Shown here in pieces: positions 54,801 to 64,000 of a DNA stretch of 64,000 nt; position 1 is the first letter of the stretch, and each line of letters opens with the position of its first letter. A model generated the notes under the pieces. It was given only the letters and a program-made list of their open reading frames with translations. It had not been told where the DNA came from and did no database searches. The position numbers were made by a program, and so were the translations under genes. The DNA lies in the NCBI RefSeq assembly GCF_006345805.1, contig NC_043003.1, positions 111,352,001 through 111,416,000 of the forward strand, read 5' to 3'. The stretch comes from Octopus sinensis. Lineage: Eukaryota.

Positions 54801-55709
54801 TATATATATATATATATATATATATATAGCTGCATTAGTATACCATATTTTTTCATGCTTTCTTTTTCGGATGTTTTGTAAGTAATTAATCGGACAGATC
54901 TCACATATTGAACCACAAGTTGCCCAACTGTGTGCGTGTGTGGCAGTGAGTAGTGTGTATCTGTATACGTGAGTACGTTTGTATTTTGTATGCTTGTGTG
55001 CACGCTTGTGTGTGTGTTTGTGTGTTTGTGTGCAAATGTGTGTGTATGCGTGTATGCGTTTTTGTTTTGGTGTGTGTTTGACTCTGTGTGTATTTTTGTA
55101 TAAGTGCATTTTATTACTAATGTTTAGACAACTTGCCAAGCTGGTAGTAAATTTTTGAAGTAATGTCAAATATGATAAATGAAATTCAACAATAAAGAAA
55201 GCGTCTTGAAAATTATATTTAAGAGGAAACTCTGACTGCTGGTAGACTAAAATTACTAAAGGAGACAAGGCAGTATATTGTTTGTAAATTTGACAAAAAG
55301 TTAATGAAACGATAATTAAAATATATCTAATATATATTCTCTGTGATAGAATAGGGAGCGATAAAAACTCTCATCAATTTAATTTGATGGGATTTCTGCT
55401 TCAATGAACACCATTGTGCTTACTTTATATTTAAATGGCTTCAGATTAAAGTTGTCAAGTGTCTTTGTGAGAAATTCTATGAGAATCATAATTTAGTATC
55501 ATAAATAAAGAATTCTTTCAATTAATGAATCGTTCACATAGGAAAAGAGACATGCCAAAATATACGCAGTTGTGCTTAATCACATACACATATAGTATGT
55601 ATCTACATATAAATATATACTTATATGTGTAAGAATACCCAGAGGAGAGTATATGCATACGTACATATATGTACACACACACATGTATATATGATCTTTT
55701 AACTTCTAT

Positions 55710-55906
55710 TCTTTTACTTGTTGTAGTCATTAGACTGAAGCCATGTTAGGGCACCACCTCCAAGAATTATAGTCTACTGAATCGACCACATTACTATTTT
55801 AAATTCTGGTATTTATTCTTTCGGTTGTTTTGGTAAACTGCTAAGTTAATATACCAACACACACACATACATACAGACACACTCACATATATATACATAT
55901 ATGTGC

Positions 55907-55976
<70 letters not shown>

Positions 55977-56159
55977 ACATATATATATGTATATACAACG
56001 GGCTACATTCAGTTTCTGTTTAACAAATCTACTCACTATTGTTTGGTCGGCCCCAGGTCATCGTAGATGATACTACCCTAAGGGATCTCGCAATTCGACT
56101 AAACCCAGAACCGAGCAGTTGGGAAAGGAAGTTTCTTACCACACAACCATACAAGTGCC
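55710..56159 (-). mobile_element. Diverged SINE family A
   Basis: cttttacttgttgtagtcatt...tttggtcggcccc...cttaccacacaacc. Confidence 0.8.
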
Positions 56160-57988
56160 TATCTATTGTATATTAATTGAAAGTAGTTTTAATGTAATGT
56201 ATCAACGGTACATGAGCTAAACCTAAATTTCAAGCTGGAGCGTTGCTGAATATGTGTGTGTGTGTGTGTATGTGTGTGTGTTGGTATAGTTACTTGGCAG
56301 TTTACCAAAACAAACGAAAGAATAAATGCCAGACTTAAATATGTATAGTTTTTTTTTTTTACTTTATTAAAACTGAAACTGATATCCTCTACAACATGTA
56401 CTTCTTTCTCATTCCCCCAACATCAAGTAACGTACACATATAAACATATATACATATAGATACATAGTTATATATATATAAATGCCAATTTCATGTTTGA
56501 ATTTCAGTACATTACTTTTTAAACATAACTTATTACATACAGGTTTGGCCAAAAGTCACGTGACAGTAAATCAGAAACATATGATTCCAAGATGAAAACA
56601 AAAAAATATTTCATATAAAACTTCGCTAATAAATAGACAAATGTTGAAATTTTAACTGACATCACTCAATCATTGAACATTGAAAATTAGAATGAATGAA
56701 TAATATTGGATATTATGGAATTATGGAATTTTGATTTTCCGTCGGGTGGCATTTGCCCAACGTGTATAGTTATGAAAAAAATTAGTGGCTTCTCACATCT
56801 ATTTACGATTATGCTATAGTGTATTTTTAAATGTACATTTACATGTTAGAATAAGTGTGTGTACATGCATTTTGTATAATATTACTGTGTTTCTATTTCT
56901 GCGCAGTTCTGAAAATATTTTCTGATTTCATTTAAATACCTATAAATTGAGAAATTTCAGTTTCCGTACGTTCACTTAAGTAGACGCGATTGCAGACATC
57001 TTCCTCATTTGACGCATAAATATTTCGATTTTTCTTTTACAAAAAGCCATCTCAAATTGAGGAACTCTAGGTTTTATTAAATTAAACTGTAATTAGACGA
57101 GAGAAATGTAATTAGTAACCTGACATCGACTCCAAACATTTTACCATGGTACTTTAAGAAATCTATTGGGATATTGAATGATGTATCAACAGAAATATAT
57201 TTAAGAAAGCGTCTTAAATTATATACGCATAAACACACTCTCAAATTAAACACATACACACATATTTAGAGAGAGACAGACAAACACAGAAAACTTAGAG
57301 AGTGTGGGCGACAGACACACACATATATATTCATACATTTAGTCACACATGTAAATACATGTATATTTCTTTCGAAGAATGTGTTCATAGCCACAATCTC
57401 AGGCCTCTTGTAATAAAGAAGTCAAGCTCTAAAGTCTAACACGTTCAATCCAAGGCCGTGATGATCAAAGATGTCAAATACAGTGGAGCTGGAAAGCTAC
57501 GTAGCTTGACAATACCGATGATGCTGAAGTATTAAACATCTTCATTGTTACTTCTGTTTCGGTGTGTTTGTGTGTTGTTTGTTGTGAAAGAAAAGGCGTT
57601 GGTGCAGATGATGGTGGTGGTACAGACTGTAGAATGGAGAGTGTTGATGAAAATGAGTCCAGACAATAGCGTTGACCATGAGGCTGCCGATGGACGTTAT
57701 AGCTGGTGGTAGTAATAGCAGAGGAGGGGATTGTAAATTGTGCAAGAATGTGAGGTGGTGATGAGGCTGCTGATAGGGGAGTTTGCAACGGTGGTGTGGT
57801 TTATTATGATTAAGGTTCTTTCGGCAATGACAGTCGGTTTTGGGGAGCTCGGAAATCCATGGATATATCTCTGTGTATATGTGTGTACGATTGTCGGTTC
57901 TTTTCAGTATACATATGCTTGTATGCGTTTAGTTTATGAGAATTCGTATGGGGGTGTAATTCGGTGGTGGGTTTCTGTGGGGCATATT

Positions 57989-58033
<45 letters not shown>

Positions 58034-59334
58034 CAGCAGTAGTAGTTTTAGTAGTAGTAGTAAACGAAATGATTATCCTAATGGAAAATATCTGATAGTA
58101 CTAAAAAATGATTCCTAATGCTATAGTTACCTATGTGACAGGAAAATAATTTCTAGTCTATTACAATATATAATGTGCTGTGCAGATTTCAAGAAAATAG
58201 TTTTAGTTAAGCCAGATATTATGCAATAACGGGATTCATGATTGAAATGCGAGTAAACATATACAAAGGAGAGATAAAAAATAATGCAAGAAAATATACT
58301 TCCGTTTGCTGGTTTTTGCCTATTGCTTATTTATGGTTATATTTGTGATATTAAATTTATAAACATGTCTTCCATTTCAACTAGGAAAGCCTGAATTCAT
58401 AGAGTCGTCGTAGAAGAGTTAGAATTAATGGTGTTCATTTTACTTGTGTTACGTTGATAATACTTTTGGCCAACATTTTATTGTTATGCCGTTATGCATT
58501 TGAAACATCCATCATATTTCAGAGTTAATATTAAAAAATGACATGCCAGCGAATTCATCCTGAAACTCGTTAAATAAGATATACATTTTCTGCATGTTAA
58601 CAATTCACCTATATCAACTACTGTAAGAGCGCGTGCTCAGCAAAATGTGGCTTCCAAAAGCAAGACGCAGTACAAGCATCGTACTTCCTATATCATAGTT
58701 TCCTCTATACATGTAACAAAATCTGAACTATAGTAATCAAAAGAGATAAACATGGTGTCTAAAATGTTAAAACTCACCAAGAAAATATTCAGCGCATGAT
58801 TATGCCTTTATGGTGGAGCCCGTTCTATTATGATTTCACCAAAATATTAGCATATATATGTACGATATTTTAAAACACTTCGAATATGATTGAGGCATAT
58901 TCGACCCGTTAGAAAGCCATTCACTATAAATCTGTAATTTCTCGCAGTAGAGAAATAGATGTAAATACACTAAACCGAGTCAGTTCGAAGTGCTTTCTAA
59001 TCAAACTGGTGAATGTCTGTATTTCGGAGTGGTTATCTCACCTTCAGCAACCAATAACGGAAAAGGACATTTTACGAACTGATAAAAGAGAGTGGGGGCA
59101 AACGATGGAGAGGGAGGGAGAGATAGAAATCTTATATTTCCGTCACAGTGCAGTGTCTTGCCGCGCTATATGCAGCTTGCCTGTTAAATAAAATACTGAG
59201 TAGAATCTCGAAGTAATGACGAGAATTACTAGGAACTTATGACCAGTTTAAATATGATTCAGGCAAATTCGAAGCGGTGTGAATGCCATTCACTATATAT
59301 TGACAGGGGGAAATATTCTCGCAGTAGACAAATA

Positions 59335-59745
59335 GGCGCAGGAGTGGTTGTGTGGTTAGTAGCTTGCTAACCAACTACATGGTTCGGGTTCAGTTCCACT
59401 GCGTGGCATCTTGGGCAAGTGTCTTCTGCTATAGCCCAGGGCCGACCAATGCCTTGTGAGTGAATTTGGTAGGCGGAAACTGAAAGAAGCCTGTCGTATA
59501 TATGTATGTATACATATATGTGTGTGTCTGTGTGTCTTTGTCTGTCCCCCTAGCATTGCTTGACAACCAAAGCTGATGTGTTTACGTCCCCGTCACTTAG
59601 CGGTTCGGCAAAAGAGACGACCGATAGAATAAGTACTGGGCTTACAAAGAATAAGTCCCGGTGTCGATTTGCTCGACTAAAGGCGGTGCTCCAGCATGGC
59701 CGCAGTCAAATGACCAAAACAAGTATAAGAGTAAAGAGTAAAGAG
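59335..59745 (+). mobile_element. SINE family A, full length, inserted in the second copy of a local duplication
   Basis: ggcgcaggagtggttgtgtggttagtagc...aagtataagagtaaagagtaaagag. Confidence 0.92.
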
Positions 59746-60056
59746 AGAGTTCTAAACACACCGAGTCAGTTCAGAGGAATCGCTAATGAGACTGCTGGTG
59801 TTGGATGAATGCATTTCCTTCAAAGGGGTTTGTAAAGCATCCAATTCACTGGTACATCGGTTGAATACCACATAAATATGGGTATGATGCAAATTTCAAA
59901 CAATAAATTAAATAGGGAGCTACAAATGACAATCCAATATTTTATTTATATTATAATATAACAATATACTATGACTATAACATAATATAACGTTTATGTT
60001 ATAGCATGTAGTATTTTGCGTGTGGAATGAGTTCTCATTGCTTACTGGTAATTATT

Positions 60057-60099
60057 GCACACTGATGACGGATCACTACCCAGAAACCTAGGTTTGTGT
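60057..60099 (+). ncRNA. Minimal type I hammerhead ribozyme candidate (GUU site)
   Basis: gcaca CTGATGA cgg atcactac cca GAAA c ctag g T T tgtgt. Stem I gcaca/tgtgt, palindromic stem III ACCUAGGU, weak stem II with a C.A mismatch at its base. Confidence 0.6.
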
Positions 60100-60389
60100 G
60101 TATCACATAAGGCTAGAGATGGGAACGATGATCTCCCTTCGCAAATACTAATCAGACACAGTCAGTGTGTCGTTAACCAGCTGGAGGAGATGTTCTCCTG
60201 GAGCTAAAAACCACAGTAGCATCGTCCTGTATGGGACCGTCATAATAATTTAGCAAATACACTTCATGTTATATATTATTATCATTATTATTATTATTAT
60301 TATTATTTTATTATTATTATTATTATCATTTTCTCTTAGAGGAAAAATCAAAACCAAGGCAGAAAGGGGCATCTCAAGTCTTTTAGAAT

Positions 60390-61033
60390 AATTCAATTCG
60401 GTTAATGTGAATTTGAAGTCCTACAACTGTTTCTACGATAATCCAAGTGGTTGGTTAGCATGTCCGTGCACTGGATATTCGATCATCAGAGGCAATGTAT
60501 GAATAGATTTGGCGGGAAAAAATTACAGTTTACAAAGAATAAAATTCACAGTTTTTAAGGAATAAATTAAAAGAATAAAGTAGTAAAATAGAAGAATAAT
60601 GAGCAAAAGAAGTTAGAAGAATACAGGCAGAAGAATAATGTTCACAACTCATCTTTTTCCAGGGGATATGGATGTTTGTCGGTACTTACATGAAGGTGCA
60701 TGCTAATTTTACCTGGGGTTTTAGTTAAAAACCTGTGCCTTCATGGAATTACCGACCAATATCCACATCCTCTGGAAAAGGATATGTTGTGAACATTAGA
60801 CTCCTGCCTATATTATTCTAACTATTTTACTCTTTATTCTGCTATTTTATTATTTTATTGTATCACGTTCCTTATAAACCATTTTATTCCTTGTAAACAG
60901 TAAACTTTCTCCGTCTAAAATTTTCATACCTTGTCTCTGATGCTGGAATACCCAGTGCACAGACATGCTAACCAACCACTTATTTATCCTAGAAACAGAT
61001 ATAAGACTTCAAATTCGCCTTACCCCAATTAAA
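60390..61033. mobile_element. ~645-bp imperfect fold-back (MITE-like) element
   Basis: Arms ~60390-60700 and ~60734-61033 align in reverse complement throughout (aagtggttggttagcatgt, gtttacaa.gaataaaat, taatgttcacaac, catgaagg); loop ~33 nt. Confidence 0.8.
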
Positions 61034-61072
61034 TTCATCCATCCACATATACATGTATACATAATTCATTGC

Positions 61073-61322
61073 TATTATGTTAAACTGTCGTATGTGTAAA
61101 TTTGGACAAATGCGTTTTCTTTTTCAATATTTATTTTTGCTTGCAATAGCCGATTCTTTTGGTTAAACTGTCGTTTCTCCAGCTACTTCAGATGTAAAGC
61201 AATTAAAACTTGTCAAAGTGTAGTACAACGGTTTTGCTATGAAATGACGGAACTATTTTTTCGTTCTCTGAGAGAGCAACTTTCCGGATTTACGACACTT
61301 TTGCATAATAGCAACGACATAT
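61073..61322 (+). pseudogene. Possible decayed coding exon, paralogous to 43721-44072
   Basis: ATG 61110 gives MRFLFQYLFLLAIADSFG, then TAA at 61164 (CAA in the paralog), then TVVSPATSD. Lacks ~120 bp present in the paralog. Confidence 0.35.
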
Positions 61323-61520
61323 ATGCACACATTTATATATATATATATACATATATACGCATACACAAATACAGAAATATATATATTATGCATACTCACC
61401 TAGATACAAATATATATATATATATATAAAATATTATTTGAGACAAAACCACTATTTTGCAAAACAAACAAGGAAAGACTTAATCAATACATAAAATTTA
61501 ATAAATAGTAAAAAAAACCG

Positions 61521-61563
61521 CCACTACAATCGTTTCTTGTCTTGATCGACAATCTTCAGGTGG
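61521..61563 (-). ncRNA. Minimal type I hammerhead ribozyme candidate (GUA site), fully paired stems
   Basis: Minus strand: ccac CTGAAGA ttgtc gatcaa gacaa GAAA c gatt g TA gtgg. Confidence 0.75.
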
Positions 61564-61569
61564 ACTTCC

Positions 61570-63260
61570 AATCTAAAAAATCAAAATTATAAAATATAAA
61601 AATAATACTTTTAAATAATTAAAGTATAAATGAAAAAATATAAGTATATAATCCATATATAACCTATATATAATCCATATCGAAAATATAGACTAATTAC
61701 CACGAATTCCCTAAAAAAACCATGATAAAACAAAACTCTTAAAAACATATAACGATAAAATCTCCCTTTGCTAAACTCTATAACAAACCTATAAAGTAAA
61801 CCCCCTAACCTAAACATTCACACACAAATACACACACGTAAACCACAGACTCACGACTTATACACATACCTATACTAACTTATAAACCTCAATATACACC
61901 AAAACCCACTCCCTCCCCACACAGACAAATTAACACATACATCCCAAAACCTAAATAACAAACCCATATACACATTCACACACAAAACACACACTCACAC
62001 GCAAAACACTCACACACAAAAGATACATATACTCCCTCACATATACGCCTATACATACTCACTAAACTCTACATATACAACAATACTTACACACCCACAA
62101 AAAACATTATATACATTTATGAGCTTTAACTCACCTTAACATCTCTAACAAACAACTTGCAGTAACCCAATCCCATTCTCTATGCCTACCTCACTACTAC
62201 ACTATTCCATTCACATTCCAAGCAACCCTAGTCCACCACCGGTTATTCACGTGGCAAACGAACACCACTCAAAAATTATGAATGAAACAATGTAAAAAAA
62301 TAACCAACACCTAAAATAGACAAAATACCACGAATTACCTAAAAAAACCATGATAAACCAAAACTCATAAAAGCATATAACGATAAAATCTCCCTTTGCT
62401 AAACCCTATAACAAACTTATATAGCAATACCCCTAACCTAAACATTCACACACCAAAAAACCCACACGTAAACCACAGACCCAAGACTTATACACAAACC
62501 TATACTAACTTATAAACCTCAATATACACCAAAACCACTCCCTCTCCACACAGACAAATTAACACATACATCCCAAATCCTAAATAACAAACCCAAATAC
62601 ACATTCACACACAAACACACACACACGCAAAACACACACACACAACAGATACATATGCTCCCTCACATATACGCATATACATACTCACTAAAACTCGATA
62701 TATACAACAATATTTACACCCACACTCATACAGATAAATAAATTAATTATACAATTAAAAACTCACAACCAATCTCATATACATAAACACTCTTATGAAA
62801 ACAACAATAAATACATCGTAATAACCAGAATATCAAAAATAACATTATGACATAAGGATAAATCAAATACATACTTACAATTCAGTTACAAATTATGAAG
62901 TGAAATTAGATTCTTAGCCGTTAAAAAACCAAACAAAATTACGTTACCTTGGAAATAACTAATGTAAAAAAGAATACGCGCCATAGAAAGTAAACGTCAT
63001 TCATAGTATGAATGGAGAAATATAATAAATGGAACTAAAAACTATTTCCACGTAGCAAACCAACGCTACTTAAAAAAAATTTATTATGAATGGATTCTTT
63101 AAAAACTATCATGAAAAATCAGTTATATACATTTATGAGCTTTAGCTCACCCTAGCAACTCTAACAACAACTTACAGTAACCCATACTCAATGCCTACCT
63201 CATTACCACCCTAATCCATTCACAATTCCAAGCAACACTAGTCAACCACCCGGTTACAAT
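61570..63260. repeat. G-depleted, A/C-rich mosaic segmental duplication (probably PLE-derived)
   Basis: 61698-62095 repeats at 62326-62720 (offset 628); 62107-62243 repeats at 63123-63255; 62244-62285 repeats near 63040-63095. Abuts the 61521 hammerhead. Confidence 0.7.
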
Positions 63261-64000
63261 TCCCAACTCTACCCATTCATTCACAATTTCAACGACGTTC
63301 CCTTCAACAACTCTACATATAGCCTCAACATATACACCGGAGATACACTTACACAGGGATGTATGTGTTTATTTATCCATGTGGGGCTGGAGTGGCCGTT
63401 AGGTGCATATGCTGAGGCTCACATGCAAACCCAAGTACAACGAATGAAGTGGGCACTTATAATTGTTATGGGTGTGTACTTTATTATAAAAGACAATACC
63501 CATATAAAATCTGTCAATTCAACATACAAATAAAAACAAAAAACAAAGGGATCTTAACATTCACACATACATACAAAACTCAATAAAAACACCACTAAAT
63601 AACACCCAAAAACATATAAATATATCCTCAAAATACATATAACAAATGCAAAATAAAAATACATAAAAAATAAATAAATAAATAAAAATAAAAAAATAAA
63701 AAATCTAATATAAATTATTAAAGTTTTAACGTACCATAAACTGCTAAATTAATATACATTAAAAATGAACTAATTAAAACAAAGAAATATCAATAAAGAC
63801 TAACTATAATTAAATCCTAGACAACATAACCAAAAATATATCATCTAAACTAATTTAAACTAAACTAAAATAACCTAAAAGGGAACTATTATTGCTATTT
63901 ATCATGAAACTTATTATATAAGTAAAGTAACTTGTGTCTACATTTTATTTTGCGCTCCTCCCCAGTATTAAGTAAATTATCATACTTATAAAATAAAATT

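Noticed and set aside
57420-57960. G-rich + strand segment with a possible very decayed hammerhead near 57510-57550, PLE-like
   Set aside because: Core needs several repairs and no protein motif was recognisable; too weak to call.
61795-62450. CCCTAA/CCTAA words suggesting telomeric repeats
   Set aside because: Single occurrences inside the duplicated A/C-rich block; no array.
61570-62770. APOBEC- or ADAR-type hypermutation as the cause of G depletion
   Set aside because: Differences between the two duplicate blocks are mixed in type; no directional signature is visible without a consensus.

Overview
Eukaryotic, AT-rich, repeat-dense window with no confidently identifiable intact host gene. 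The microsatellite load and SINE families are most consistent with an octopus (coleoid cephalopod) genome; this is inferred from recalled repeat families, not from a search. Almost all ORF-track entries are microsatellite or SINE artefacts. Recognisable coding remnants are all decayed transposons: an internally deleted Helitron, three Tc1/mariner remnants, an R4/Dong-like and an RTE LINE 3' end, and Penelope-like elements (PLEs) of three apparent types (Poseidon-, Neptune-, Naiad-like). Two tRNA-derived SINE families occur in many copies. The most striking signal is RNA-level. About 11 minimal type I hammerhead-ribozyme-like motifs from roughly seven unrelated sequence families are scattered through the window, three with intact catalytic cores (15265-15336 +, 60057-60099 +, 61521-61563 -). 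One family is a tRNA-headed, (AAT)n-containing, hammerhead-bearing unit that is also the 3' terminal region of a Poseidon-type PLE. Other notable structure: a SINE that inserts at GGTAT sites matching its own tail, several long fold-back hairpins, and diverged paralogous segments that may be pseudogenised exons of small secreted proteins. All alignments and folds were done by eye.
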